This document shows, one piece after another, positions 9,747 through 19,474 of a stretch of DNA of 64,000 nucleotides (position 1 is the first letter of the stretch; each line of letters opens with the position of its first letter). The DNA lies in IMG/VR virus record IMGVR_UViG_3300045988_126562. One strand, 5' to 3'. The notes beneath the pieces are model-generated. The model worked only from the letters and a program-made list of their open reading frames with translations. It was not told where the DNA came from and made no database searches. The position numbers and the translations under genes are program-made. Source of the stretch: a virus.

Positions 9747-10367
9747 TTATAATGATTTGATAGCATCCATGTTTATCACTTCGCCATCTCCATTTTGCAT
9801 TGCCTCTAAACTAAGCCAAGCTTGGGCTGATACAAATTCTGCCATACCCATATTTATAAGATTGCGTTCCTTGGCCCAGTCAAGTAAGGACATAATCTTT
9901 TTATGTGTTTCTGGATTATGTTTGATTGCTTTACCATATCCAAATTTTAAATCATCCAAATCTTTGAATTTTCTTCCAGGAGTTCTTAGCATGTGAGTTA
10001 CTCCGTTGATAATCATACTAACTGGATAATTATTGAATAAATCATTCCCCAATTCAGCAGAATATTTAAAATAATTATTTAGGAATATTTTATTAAATTC
10101 TACATCAGCGGGATCAAAAGATTGCCCCCTATCGGGAATTTTATAAGATTTGAGAATGACTCCCTTATTTTGAAGAGAAAGCATGACTTCTCTCAAATCT
10201 TGCCTATCAGATGTGGATAAATATCTAGCTAAATATTCTTTATGGTCTTCCTCCGCACTAGCTAGAAACAATAATCTAACAACTAACCACTCTTCAGCTG
10301 TTAGATGATATTTTTCGAGAACAGATAGCTCATTCTCTATAGTTAAACTTAACTTTTCCAAATACAA
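9747..10367 (-). CDS. hypothetical protein
   Basis: 206-aa ORF. The only available start is TTG, directly after an in-frame TAA. Confidence 0.45.
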   Translation of the reverse strand: MYLEKLSLTIENELSVLEKYHLTAEEWLVVRLLFLASAEEDHKEYLARYLSTSDRQDLREVMLSLQNKGVILKSYKIPDRGQSFDPADVEFNKIFLNNYFKYSAELGNDLFNNYPVSMIINGVTHMLRTPGRKFKDLDDLKFGYGKAIKHNPETHKKIMSLLDWAKERNLINMGMAEFVSAQAWLSLEAMQNGDGEVINMDAIKSL

Positions 10368-10479
10368 TTAGTTTAGATATTACAAAGTAATTATCTATCT
10401 AACTGCAATCAATTTATCCTCCTTTCAGAGTGTTGTCTTGCATATAAATTTGGAACCCTCCTATCAAAGTGTTTAGTTC

Positions 10480-10734
10480 CTATATGTCTCTATCACTTAT
10501 ATACATTCTTTTATTTGCCCAGTCAACGGATTTCTTTACTACATCAAGTAAAGAATCAGATTCGATGTACCAACACCTATACCCATCTTGGGTTATAGTA
10601 GCTTGCCAAATGAACTCTTCTGCACATGGGCCATCATAATCTTCCATATAGTCTAGGCAATTGATTCTTATATTCCAATACCCTATAAATCCTAAATCTA
10701 TAGTTATATCAGAATCTAAATCAGCTTGATTCAT
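10480..10734 (-). CDS. hypothetical protein
   Basis: 84-aa ORF ending in TAG. Confidence 0.45.
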   Translation of the reverse strand: MNQADLDSDITIDLGFIGYWNIRINCLDYMEDYDGPCAEEFIWQATITQDGYRCWYIESDSLLDVVKKSVDWANKRMYISDRDI

Positions 10735-10922
10735 AGTATTAGTAGTTGAGATAGTCTATTACAATCTAATTTAAAATCACCTATACTAGCTTCTAATATA
10801 TTGATTTCTCCTATTTCATAGTCTTTAAGTATAGATAAAAATCTATCCACACTAAGTTCTACATCTTCAGACTTAATCCATTCCCCACTACCTACCCTAT
10901 CATAGTATGTACATCTTATCAT
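10731..10922 (-). CDS. hypothetical protein
   Basis: 63-aa ORF with overlapping stop/start codons on both sides. Confidence 0.45.
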   Translation of the reverse strand: MIRCTYYDRVGSGEWIKSEDVELSVDRFLSILKDYEIGEINILEASIGDFKLDCNRLSQLLIL

Positions 10923-12172
10923 TAAAACCTAAATGTCATTTGTGTTTCCTTTTCTCGTTTCGGAGTATATTGTTCTCCAGATAAAAGTTTATCTAATCCC
11001 TCTTCATCAATGGTTATATAATTTCCAGTTGATGAATTTTGATACCATTTTTCTTCTACAGTGTTCTTTATTACTAAGGTAAATATAATAGCTTCCTCTT
11101 TCCCTTCAAAGATTCTTAATACTCTACCTAGTCTTTGTTCTTTTTTAGTTTGAGAACTATCGAATCCAAGTATAACTGCGATAGAAGCCTCTGGGCAGTT
11201 AAAGCCTTCATTTAATTTCATTACTGTATTAATAACTCCAGATCCAGGCTTTAAAAAATCTTCTATAGTAGCTCTACCTTGTTTAGCAGATGTTTTTCCG
11301 CTATAAACTTTTCCATAAGCTATCTTTTCAGCCATTTTTATTGTACTACTAAAGGTAATACATTTTTTGTCTTGATAGTGAGATAGTATTTTATTAGTAA
11401 CTTCTATTTTTCTTTGATGGTTTGCTATGAAAGCCTTTCTTTTTTGAAGATTTTGAGAAAACTGAAAAGTCATAGCTGTTACCTGTTTTCTGTAGTCAGC
11501 TTCTAATGCTTTATTTCTACACCTATCTTTTACTAATTGTTCTCTCTTTTTCCAGCCGTCAGGTCCAATTAAACTCATACATAATGAAAAATCATAATCA
11601 AAAAAGGAAAATGCCTCATAAAACTTCTCATTATATTTGTTATATTCAGATAAGTCTACATCAAGTACTACTTTATATTCTCTGAAGGATGATAGCCATT
11701 TATTCTTAATGGCTTCTTCCTTAGTTACAATATCTACTACTGGACAAAATTGTAATAAATAATTATGCATACCATCAACTCTTATAAGAGTTGCAGTTAG
11801 GCATAACAACATTTTATAGCGTACAACTTTAAATACTCTAATCAGAGTGGGAGCTAATATTTTATGACATTCGTCAATTATTAATAAATCGGTTATTATT
11901 TCTTTAGAATCTTTTGAAGACTCGTTCATGGTTACAACCTCGCAATTATAGCTGAATCCCCAATCCAATATTTCCGCATTCCATTGTTTTAATAATGGCT
12001 CATTTGGTACTACTATTAATACCTTCTTACTAGGATTTTTATTTAGGAATCTTTTAATAGCTAATAAAGCACACCTGGTTTTTCCATAACCAGTACAACC
12101 ATGAATTATTCCTTGACATTTGTTATCTACCCATTTTTGAACACTTAAAGATTGTCTTTCATCCCTTGTCAT
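10922..12172 (-). CDS. SF2 (DEAD/DEAH-like) helicase
   Basis: Motif I GCTGYGKT, motif II DECH, motif III TAT, motif VI QRLGRVLR. Confidence 0.8.
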   Translation of the reverse strand: MTRDERQSLSVQKWVDNKCQGIIHGCTGYGKTRCALLAIKRFLNKNPSKKVLIVVPNEPLLKQWNAEILDWGFSYNCEVVTMNESSKDSKEIITDLLIIDECHKILAPTLIRVFKVVRYKMLLCLTATLIRVDGMHNYLLQFCPVVDIVTKEEAIKNKWLSSFREYKVVLDVDLSEYNKYNEKFYEAFSFFDYDFSLCMSLIGPDGWKKREQLVKDRCRNKALEADYRKQVTAMTFQFSQNLQKRKAFIANHQRKIEVTNKILSHYQDKKCITFSSTIKMAEKIAYGKVYSGKTSAKQGRATIEDFLKPGSGVINTVMKLNEGFNCPEASIAVILGFDSSQTKKEQRLGRVLRIFEGKEEAIIFTLVIKNTVEEKWYQNSSTGNYITIDEEGLDKLLSGEQYTPKREKETQMTFRF

Positions 12173-12378
12173 AATAAAAAATTCTCCCTAACTGCGCTCT
12201 TGTCATTACGACGTGGACCGTATGCACTATTTTAGTTGGCAAGGAGGGCTCAGGTTTGGAGAATGCTTACTATAGCCCTTTATTCAGCATAATGCTAACA
12301 GCATTGTATATTGTTCTGGACTAAATTTATATATTCCAGAACTATAATACAGTAATTTTAATATTAATTTGTATAAAA

Positions 12379-13233
12379 TCATCCTACAAGATCATATCCT
12401 TTTTCGGAAGCAACCATTTCGATTTGCTCCATTCGTGATTCCCACTGAGAGATATGGAATCGAGCTTCATCGCTCAATGCAAATAAGATGACGTTTCTCA
12501 ACGTTTTTAATTGGTCAGTAGTTAACTCAGAATATTTCTTACTTTTAAGTAAGACCATAGCTCTTAATTGAGTATAACTCAGACCTTTAGGAGTAATATA
12601 AATGTTAATAGAAGGTTTTAGACCCAGCCTTTCTTTCACTACTTCAACTCTGTCCCTAGTAGTTCCGTCCTCATTTTTCACAGTTAAGTCTTTCAACTCT
12701 TGAGGTGAAAACCACAATCCTTGTTTCAATACAAAAGTTAAGGTAATATGTTGTTTATTAAATTTGCCAAGTCTGTCTAGGCATCCATCCATTACTAGAC
12801 TGATGGGTAACTCCTTAAATTCATCTGGACAACCACCTACAATAGCAGAAATAGGAACATTCTTTGTATCAGTGATTGAATCCTTATTATTGTCTAGAAT
12901 AGTTCTAATATCAGATAAAAAGTTAAATCTAGGTTTACCTTTTTCCTGCTCTAACCATCTTAGGAATAGCTCACAGTTACACCTTTCTATCTGATCTTTT
13001 ATGATATCAATTAATACATACCTTCCTGGATTTTGTTTGTCTTGATTGTATAACATAGATCTACAGTGAGCATAAAACGATTTTAGCTGACTTTCACTTG
13101 CATCAATCAATCTAATTTCTTCTTGTACTATTTCGCCATTAATTTCTTGTTTTCTACCTTTCCAGATAAAGCTTTTGATATCAGTTTTTTTGGACGCCAT
13201 TGCTTCTTCCAATCTCTCTCTAATTATTGTCAT
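12379..13233 (-). CDS. hypothetical protein
   Basis: 284-aa ORF. Confidence 0.55.
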   Translation of the reverse strand: MTIIRERLEEAMASKKTDIKSFIWKGRKQEINGEIVQEEIRLIDASESQLKSFYAHCRSMLYNQDKQNPGRYVLIDIIKDQIERCNCELFLRWLEQEKGKPRFNFLSDIRTILDNNKDSITDTKNVPISAIVGGCPDEFKELPISLVMDGCLDRLGKFNKQHITLTFVLKQGLWFSPQELKDLTVKNEDGTTRDRVEVVKERLGLKPSINIYITPKGLSYTQLRAMVLLKSKKYSELTTDQLKTLRNVILFALSDEARFHISQWESRMEQIEMVASEKGYDLVG

Positions 13234-13304
13234 ATGTTCTCTACTAAATTTTATTTCATCATTTTTTCATCTTGTTATTAATTAATCATCTTGTTATTAG
13301 TAGG

Positions 13305-13601
13305 TTATATCATTATGGTATCAACAACTACTTGTTTTTCTACAAAATCTATAAATTGATCTGAATCGAATCTATAGGGAACAAATATGTTATTGACTGG
13401 ATCATACCAGGTTTCTTTACCTGCAATTATTTCTTTATATTTCAGGTATCCTACAGCACCTAGTTTTATAGGAGGAGAATCCCAATTAGGAAATTTAGTA
13501 CATAATATATATTCACCAGTATCTATATTTTGAAACACATATTTAGTATAATCTCCCATTTCTCCTCTTCCTGCTAGTAATCTAGCATAAATAGTGTTCA
13601 C
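13305..13601 (-). CDS. hypothetical protein
   Basis: 98-aa ORF. Confidence 0.5.
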   Translation of the reverse strand: MNTIYARLLAGRGEMGDYTKYVFQNIDTGEYILCTKFPNWDSPPIKLGAVGYLKYKEIIAGKETWYDPVNNIFVPYRFDSDQFIDFVEKQVVVDTIMI

Positions 13602-13974
13602 GAACTAACTCATCTTCAGAAATTTCACTATCTTCAGAAGTAGCAACTACTTTGTAGGTAATCCAATTTTCTACTTCTTCATTATATCTTTCTGAAATTG
13701 TCTCTTCATCTTTGTCAGTTAATTCATCATCACAATCAAACCCCAATTCTTCAGCACAATCTTCCCAAGTCATTAGCCCATGAGACCCCTCATACATCTC
13801 ATACTCCTCTCTAGCAAGTTGATAGGCGTATTCTAATGCTTCTTCTTTATTGTCAGCCAAAATAGTAGAATAATATCTACTTCCTCCGAATCCCCCTTCT
13901 AATCCTACATAAATATTAAATTCTGTTTTATTCATCACATTCATATTTTCTACATCCATACTTAGCAAAATCAC
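13582..13974 (-). CDS. hypothetical acidic protein
   Basis: ORF ends in TAG. The real start is probably Met14 (13935), overlapping the upstream stop. Confidence 0.5.
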   Translation of the reverse strand: MILLSMDVENMNVMNKTEFNIYVGLEGGFGGSRYYSTILADNKEEALEYAYQLAREEYEMYEGSHGLMTWEDCAEELGFDCDDELTDKDEETISERYNEEVENWITYKVVATSEDSEISEDELVREHYLC

Positions 13975-14158
13975 ATCTAGTAACCTCTTGCCCTAAGAAA
14001 CATTTATATAATTTACATTTTGTACAACTTCTATCTGGAAATTTCCACTCTTTTCTATGTAAATCAGCTATTTCTTTTTCCTTTGCTTTACCAGTAAGTA
14101 TAACATCATCACTAACCTTTTTAGCCATTTCTCTTTCTTTTCGGTTTATAATTTTCAC
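13928..14158 (-). CDS. hypothetical Cys-rich protein
   Basis: 76-aa ORF. Confidence 0.45.
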   Translation of the reverse strand: MKIINRKEREMAKKVSDDVILTGKAKEKEIADLHRKEWKFPDRSCTKCKLYKCFLGQEVTRCDFAKYGCRKYECDE

Positions 14159-14357
14159 AAAAATTAAGAGCCTCTTCTAATGCTCTACTATAAGAGGTGA
14201 AACTACTAAACGTACATCCTTCATCTTTTTTAGAAAGCCAAGTCATTTTATCTTCCTTTCCTATCCTAACTCCAGCAGTCCACTCATGTTTACCCAAATG
14301 CAAAACTGGGAAAATACCAATTCTAAAGCCTTTTTCAGCCCACTCCTCTATACCCAT
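14121..14357 (-). CDS. hypothetical protein
   Basis: 78-aa ORF. Confidence 0.45.
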   Translation of the reverse strand: MGIEEWAEKGFRIGIFPVLHLGKHEWTAGVRIGKEDKMTWLSKKDEGCTFSSFTSYSRALEEALNFCENYKPKRKRNG

Positions 14358-14359
14358 CT

Positions 14360-14782
14360 TTACTTAATTATTAGCAAAAAAATAAGGGATGCACAAACTG
14401 TGCATCCCCCTATAATAAATAGCTTATTCTGCACTTTATACTTTTTCAACTCACCATCTTTTGCTAGTAAGATAGATTCATTGATATTATTTATCTCGTG
14501 CAGGTTACTTATTTGCTGATCCTTTACTACTAGTGATTGCTGTAGTATCGTGTTTGCTTCTTGTTGTAAACCTATTTTTCTTTCTAACTGTGGAATCTCC
14601 AATTTGAGTTTCTGATGTTCTAGAAAGATTAAATTTGTTTTCTTTAATTGAGTCGGAGTTATTACTATTAACGAATCCTGAGTCAATTTTGGATAGATAG
14701 CTTGAGAAAAACTGGGCATCATCGGCAATAGACTGATTAGTAATACTATCAAGACCTTTCTCATACCAATGATCAATTTCAA
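14360..14782 (-). CDS. membrane/coiled-coil protein
   Basis: Hydrophobic N-terminus, long heptad-like middle and a C-terminal TM segment (LFIIGGCTVCASLIFLLII). Starts inside the upstream ORF in another frame. Confidence 0.4.
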   Translation of the reverse strand: MKLIIGMRKVLIVLLISLLPMMPSFSQAIYPKLTQDSLIVITPTQLKKTNLIFLEHQKLKLEIPQLERKIGLQQEANTILQQSLVVKDQQISNLHEINNINESILLAKDGELKKYKVQNKLFIIGGCTVCASLIFLLIIK

Positions 14783-15014
14783 TTATTATTGAGTCAGATA
14801 CTCCTACTTCTCCTTTTAAACTATCAATCTTACTTGTTAAGTCTATATTTATAGTACTTAATGAGTCATTTACTAGTTTTAAAGAGTCTATTTTGTTTTC
14901 ATAGGGGATGGTATTCTCTACCCTTCCCCAGTTATAGTAACAGTATAAAACTACTACATTAGTTATAGCTAATAAGATAGCTATACTTATAGCAATTTTA
15001 TTAATCTTGCTCAT
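14505..15014 (-). CDS. N-terminally anchored membrane protein
   Basis: N-terminal TM segment IAISIAILLAITNVVVLYCYY. The last ~90 codons overlap 14360..14782 out of frame. Confidence 0.4.
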   Translation of the reverse strand: MSKINKIAISIAILLAITNVVVLYCYYNWGRVENTIPYENKIDSLKLVNDSLSTINIDLTSKIDSLKGEVGVSDSIIIEIDHWYEKGLDSITNQSIADDAQFFSSYLSKIDSGFVNSNNSDSIKENKFNLSRTSETQIGDSTVRKKNRFTTRSKHDTTAITSSKGSANK

Positions 15015-15471
15015 CTACTTTCTTACCTTCTGTATTCTTTTTAAGATAGCGTTCCTCCATCTCATTGTATCCTGGAATATATTTACCAGGAGCATATTGA
15101 ATGTCTGACACTACGCAATCTACAATCTGATGAGCCATTCTCATATTAAGAAGCAAAGAATTGGTACTTGTGAACACACAATTTGCCTTATCTTCCTTCA
15201 GGGCACGACCTTCAGCCAAAGTTTTTCCTAGTTCAGATTTAGCCTGATCATGTTCATGACAGAAAGAGATACCAATACGAAGAGTATTTTCCGGAAATTC
15301 CATGAAATCATCATCTTCCTTATGTCTTTGATTGAGCACTCCGTCTTCATTTTGAACTACTGTAGCCATAGTTACTCCATCTTTTTCATCAAGTAATACT
15401 CCACAGACAGTAAATGAACGTTCATTACCTTTAAAATCCTTAAACTTTGCTTCTTTAAAAATCTTTTTCAT
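15001..15471 (-). CDS. hypothetical protein
   Basis: 156-aa ORF. Confidence 0.55.
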   Translation of the reverse strand: MKKIFKEAKFKDFKGNERSFTVCGVLLDEKDGVTMATVVQNEDGVLNQRHKEDDDFMEFPENTLRIGISFCHEHDQAKSELGKTLAEGRALKEDKANCVFTSTNSLLLNMRMAHQIVDCVVSDIQYAPGKYIPGYNEMEERYLKKNTEGKKVDEQD

Positions 15472-15492
15472 ATCTTTATTTGTTTTAAAATG

Positions 15493-16158
15493 TTATTTTC
15501 TACCTAGTCCATTGTAAAAATCCAATATAGCATTTTCCTTACGGAGCCATGACGCTTCTTCCTTTGCCATATCAGATATAGTTCTGGAAATTGATTCCTC
15601 TTCTACTTGTTCTTTTACAAGTCTTCCTTCTTCCTCACTTTCTCCATTTAACCACTGAAAGGTAGCCCAATCAGCTTCTTTCAGAGCTTGGTCTACAATT
15701 TTGTTTATAGACATTGTAGTTTCTATTTCCCTATCTACTGTAGCCTCAAAAGGCATTATTCTGTCTTTTATATCTACATTAATAGGTGGAACAGGAGGAT
15801 ACTGAAATACAGCATCATTATCAGTTAAATATTTATATATCCATTCATGATGCAAATATTCCTCTTTAGCTCTGCCTATCCAATATATTTCTAATTTGGG
15901 TAAGCCTTCTACTGCAAAATAGTTAGCAAATGTTCTATACAGGCTATGATTAGCTAATTCTGCGGACATTTGTTTTACTAGCATTTCTATCATAGGAGTA
16001 CTTAATGTGCACTCTCTTCTAGACTTATCTATAATTTTGTTAGTGTAAGTCATAGTAGGTTCAGCTGCAACCGTCATTACTCCTTTATTTGGTGTGTCAA
16101 CCTGTATTGGATTTCCTCTTTCGTCTAGTTTTCTCATTAGTATATTCTGTAAAACCAT
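15493..16158 (-). CDS. ferritin-like di-iron carboxylate protein
   Basis: ELANHSLYRTFANYF...GRAKEEYLHHEWIYKYL matches the ferritin E..Y / EE..H helix pattern. The start may lie downstream at 16077. Confidence 0.55.
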   Translation of the reverse strand: MVLQNILMRKLDERGNPIQVDTPNKGVMTVAAEPTMTYTNKIIDKSRRECTLSTPMIEMLVKQMSAELANHSLYRTFANYFAVEGLPKLEIYWIGRAKEEYLHHEWIYKYLTDNDAVFQYPPVPPINVDIKDRIMPFEATVDREIETTMSINKIVDQALKEADWATFQWLNGESEEEGRLVKEQVEEESISRTISDMAKEEASWLRKENAILDFYNGLGRK

Positions 16159-16405
16159 TTGATATTAAATAATCTAGTGGAGCTTCTAACCAAGTAACAT
16201 ACTTAGATAAAATAAATCCATCCATTTTACAAAACTGAGGACTCTTATACTTTACAGGTTTGATAGCCGAAAAAAATCGGCTATCTACTATTTCAGACCT
16301 ATCTTTATAGTCTTTATACAGTGTAACTTCGTATAGAAATCGAGGTCCCACCTTTAACACGAGGTCTCCAGTAGGGGATTTCATTAGGTTGGTAGGTTCT
16401 TCCAT
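16097..16405 (-). CDS. hypothetical protein
   Basis: 102-aa ORF that overlaps both neighbours. Confidence 0.4.
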   Translation of the reverse strand: MEEPTNLMKSPTGDLVLKVGPRFLYEVTLYKDYKDRSEIVDSRFFSAIKPVKYKSPQFCKMDGFILSKYVTWLEAPLDYLISNGFTEYTNEKTRRKRKSNTG

Positions 16406-16751
16406 TCCATTGATATTTCAGTAATTTTCTGTTTGGATCTCTTTTTATCCGTAGCAGAATATCTGGAATATCAGCCTGATTGCACTGTATAGATTTGGTA
16501 TTTTCTCCATATACATAAACAATCAATTTACTGTAAACAGGAATGACTGGCTTTTCCCTAGAAGCCCACTTTTGGTTGTAAAACCCTCTTCCCTCTCTAC
16601 GACGAAGTTTTTTTAATTCACGTTTTTCCTCAGCCGTTTTGCTGAAATCACAAATCACTCTATTTTTAGGATGTAATCCTAAATCAATCATTAATTGCTG
16701 ATCATGTACATTTACTGGATCAAGCTCCTTTTTCTTCTGCTGTTTAGCCAT
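16314..16751 (-). CDS. hypothetical basic protein
   Basis: 145-aa ORF. Confidence 0.5.
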   Translation of the reverse strand: MAKQQKKKELDPVNVHDQQLMIDLGLHPKNRVICDFSKTAEEKRELKKLRRREGRGFYNQKWASREKPVIPVYSKLIVYVYGENTKSIQCNQADIPDILLRIKRDPNRKLLKYQWNGRTYQPNEIPYWRPRVKGGTSISIRSYTV

Positions 16752-16782
16752 AATTAATCTAAAATATTAAACAGTTAATAAG

Positions 16783-16868
16783 CTCGGACGGTAGGATTCG
16801 AACCTACGTGAGAGTTTCCTCTCGGCAGTTTTGGAGACTGCTGGCATTAACCACTCGCCCACGGCCGA
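16783..16868 (-). tRNA. tRNA with CCA anticodon on a class II (Ser-like, long variable arm) scaffold
   Basis: TCGGCCG-TG-GGC/GCC D arm, anticodon arm GCAGT-CTCCAAA-ACTGC, 17-nt variable arm (GAGAG-GAAA-CTCTC), T arm GTAGG-TTCGAAT-CCTAC, discriminator G. Confidence 0.75.
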
Positions 16869-16870
16869 AT

Positions 16871-17143
16871 TTAATCTTCCACCATTTTTTTCAATTCTTC
16901 CACTGCATTTTTATATTCTTTTATATATTCTTTCAATGTAGTAACATCTCCAGTTTTTTTACAAGCTCTATAGTGAGCTATATACTTTAATGCAGTTTCC
17001 AAAGGGATACCGTAACTAGGTTTTCCCATTTCCTCTCTTTCATTTGACTTTCCTTTGTTTACTTTAACAAGTAATTGTAAATCAAAGAAATGTCCTGTGT
17101 CACTAGTAGATTCTAGTATAAAGTCTGATTCTTCTATTCTCAT
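16871..17143 (-). CDS. hypothetical protein
   Basis: 90-aa ORF between two tRNA genes. Confidence 0.5.
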   Translation of the reverse strand: MRIEESDFILESTSDTGHFFDLQLLVKVNKGKSNEREEMGKPSYGIPLETALKYIAHYRACKKTGDVTTLKEYIKEYKNAVEELKKMVED

Positions 17144-17159
17144 ACTTTTAAGTTATTTG

Positions 17160-17232
17160 AGTCCGGGATGGGACTTGAACCCATGATGCAGGTTTTGCAG
17201 ACCTGTGCCTTAACCAACTTGGCGACCCGAAC
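17160..17232 (-). tRNA. tRNA-Cys(GCA)
   Basis: Acceptor GTTCGGG/CCCGGAC, loop CTGCAAA, T loop TTCAAGT, discriminator U. Confidence 0.85.
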
Positions 17233-17267
17233 AAAAGGAGATTGATTTAACAATCTCCAACTAATTT

Positions 17268-18470
17268 TTATTGTTTCATTTTCTTAGCTACATCCATTAG
17301 CATATTCAAACCAACTGCATCCATTGCACTACCGCTTCCAGAATTGTTACCATTCATCATAATTTCTGGAACCCAACGTACATTAGATTTGCTAAGAGCC
17401 TCTGCTACACCTACAGTAGTTTTATATTGCCACTCAGCTGCTTCCTGAGGAGTTAAACCAGCCTGTACTTTAAGACGATTAGCTTCAGCCTCAGCTTTAC
17501 CTTCCTCAATAATTTTCTTAGCTTTTTCAGCTGCTTCTTTTGCTTGTAATTGAGCTACCTCAAATGCTTGCTGAGCTTTTGTCACCTCTACAGCCTTAAT
17601 TTTTTCCTGCTCCCACTTTGCAGATTCTGCGGCTGCTTTACCTTCCTCTGTAATTTGAATTGTACGCTGTACTGCCTCAGCTGCTTTAGCTTTAGCTGTT
17701 ACAATACTCATATCTGCTTCACGCTGTTTAGAAATCTGATCCAGAGTTGCTTTTTCATATTTCAAATCAGCAATAGATACTTGAGCTACACGTAATCCAT
17801 AGAAAGTAAATGGGCTTTCCTCCTGGCGTTTCAAACCATTTAAAGCAGTAGAATCAGATACTGTTTCTGCTACTTTAGTAATTTGTGTTTCATTAGTTAG
17901 AGGATTAATAGTCTCAATTTCTCTAATTGTAGTTTTATAAATACCGGAATTAAGTTGATCTGTAATATACTGATACAAATCGGTTCTTTTCTCACTAACT
18001 GACTCCAATGAACTCATCAAAGGACCACAAGCAATAATAACCTTTCCGATAGTAGGTTTAATTAAGTCGTTTACCAAACGATCCATTGAACCATAATGAA
18101 TTTGGATTCTTTCCAAATATTTAGGTTCAGTAGGCAACTCAATTCTAAGAGAGCCTAAAACATAACCCTTACCCTTGTCATTGTAAGTGATAGGCATTGC
18201 AGGACTTTCTGCATCATCAGGAATGAACAAATTACCGTTCCCATCTTCTGAAATTTGATTGAACCAAATTTGAGAAGTCTTGTCATAAATAGTTACCGTT
18301 CCCATCTTCTGAAATTGGAATCCCCCATTTGTCCAATATTCTAAAGTTCCAGTAAACGGAATTTGATTGATTCCAATTTGTTTCTTATCCATGTCTTCTC
18401 CTAATTTTGGAATCATACATAAAAATGCGAAAACTACTACTGCAATAAGTGCCAATACACCTTTTCTCAT
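17268..18470 (-). CDS. SPFH/band-7-like membrane protein
   Basis: 400 aa with an N-terminal TM segment, a central band-7-like region and a long Ala/Glu/Lys coiled coil (AKAKAAEAVQ...AEKAKKIIEEGKAEAEA). Confidence 0.55.
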   Translation of the reverse strand: MRKGVLALIAVVVFAFLCMIPKLGEDMDKKQIGINQIPFTGTLEYWTNGGFQFQKMGTVTIYDKTSQIWFNQISEDGNGNLFIPDDAESPAMPITYNDKGKGYVLGSLRIELPTEPKYLERIQIHYGSMDRLVNDLIKPTIGKVIIACGPLMSSLESVSEKRTDLYQYITDQLNSGIYKTTIREIETINPLTNETQITKVAETVSDSTALNGLKRQEESPFTFYGLRVAQVSIADLKYEKATLDQISKQREADMSIVTAKAKAAEAVQRTIQITEEGKAAAESAKWEQEKIKAVEVTKAQQAFEVAQLQAKEAAEKAKKIIEEGKAEAEANRLKVQAGLTPQEAAEWQYKTTVGVAEALSKSNVRWVPEIMMNGNNSGSGSAMDAVGLNMLMDVAKKMKQ

Positions 18471-18498
18471 AAATCTTAATGTTTTAAAAAGTTATAAA

Positions 18499-18663
18499 AA
18501 ATATTTATTCAAAAATTACATAATAAAAGGGAATAATAATCCTTCTAAGCTTATATTCTCTATTGGAAATTCTAGGAACTACCCCTCCCATTGATAAAAA
18601 TAACCATACATAATAAATGACTAGTAAAGCCATTAGAAATGGCATTAGAAACTTAAAAATCAT
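18499..18663 (-). CDS. small hydrophobic protein (holin candidate)
   Basis: 54-aa sub-threshold ORF (MIFKFLMPFLMALLVIYYVWLFLSMGG...). ATGA overlap with the upstream stop; two genes away from the glucosaminidase. Confidence 0.35.
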
Positions 18664-18947
18664 AGTAATAATAATTCTATATCATTAATTTTTTCTGAAA
18701 TCATTTTACTATACCAATATTCCTTGGCTTTCTTTAATTCTTCTTGTGTTGTAAGATTACCAAAAATGCAATCTCTACAATACATTCCGCTACATGGAGA
18801 AGAATGCCTATTATTTTCATAGGCTACACTATAGTCAGACTCACCATCAGATTTTAGATTACATCTGACTCCTGTTGTATTGAGAAATTTATATTTTCTT
18901 CTAACTTCTTCAATTACTAATCTTGGACGTCTGTATTCTCTTTCCAT
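18660..18947 (-). CDS. hypothetical Cys-rich protein with C-terminal ELLLL
   Basis: 95-aa ORF. Confidence 0.5.
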   Translation of the reverse strand: MEREYRRPRLVIEEVRRKYKFLNTTGVRCNLKSDGESDYSVAYENNRHSSPCSGMYCRDCIFGNLTTQEELKKAKEYWYSKMISEKINDIELLLL

Positions 18948-19371
18948 ATCTTTTTTCTATTGATTTAACTTTAGCTATATAATTTGGATCCTCTGCATAT
19001 CCTATTCTTTTTAAAAATGCGTAATAGTCTCCTTTTTGATACTTATATTGTACCTTATTTTTATAGGCTTTTACACTAGATTGCCAAGTGTCAAAACGAT
19101 AATATCTCTTATTTCTAGAGTCATATAAACCGAATAGATTATTATGCTTAGTACACCCATCCGACTTATAATGACCAGTTTCTAAGATTGACTGAGCTAC
19201 TACTACATGTGCATGTTGTAATCCATAGTACCTAGCGCATTGATACACTAACTCAGGAGTGGGATTCTTAGCTGTCATAAACTCAGGAACTTTATGTTCC
19301 ATTCTTTTACTATTAGATTGTAAACTGAACATACAAACACATAGTAAAATAGTGAATAAAATTTTCCTCAT
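18910..19371 (-). CDS. N-acetylglucosaminidase-type cell-wall hydrolase (endolysin candidate)
   Basis: Signal-like N-terminus. AQSILETGHY...HNNLFGL...YAEDPNY pattern of the FlgJ/glucosaminidase family. Confidence 0.65.
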   Translation of the reverse strand: MRKILFTILLCVCMFSLQSNSKRMEHKVPEFMTAKNPTPELVYQCARYYGLQHAHVVVAQSILETGHYKSDGCTKHNNLFGLYDSRNKRYYRFDTWQSSVKAYKNKVQYKYQKGDYYAFLKRIGYAEDPNYIAKVKSIEKRYGKRIQTSKISN

Positions 19372-19396
19372 TTTATTTAAGTTAAGTTATATATAG

Positions 19397-19468
19397 TGAT
19401 CCTATCAGGAATCGAACCTGAATTTAAAGTTTAGGAAACTTTTGTTCTATCCATTGAACTATAGGACC
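19397..19468 (-). tRNA. tRNA-Arg(CCU)
   Basis: GGTCCTA/TAGGATC acceptor, loop TTCCTAA, T loop TTCGATT. Confidence 0.85.
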
Positions 19469-19474
19469 AATAAG

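Noticed and set aside
1452-9996. Plus-strand track ORFs antisense to long minus-strand genes (1452..1640, 1688..1957, 3106..3333, 5304..5573, 6897..7160, 7533..7898, 8211..8405, 9757..9996 and similar ones later).
   Set aside because: They have low-complexity Leu/Phe/Ser-rich products and are fully embedded opposite well-supported genes. This is the expected antisense noise in AT-rich DNA.
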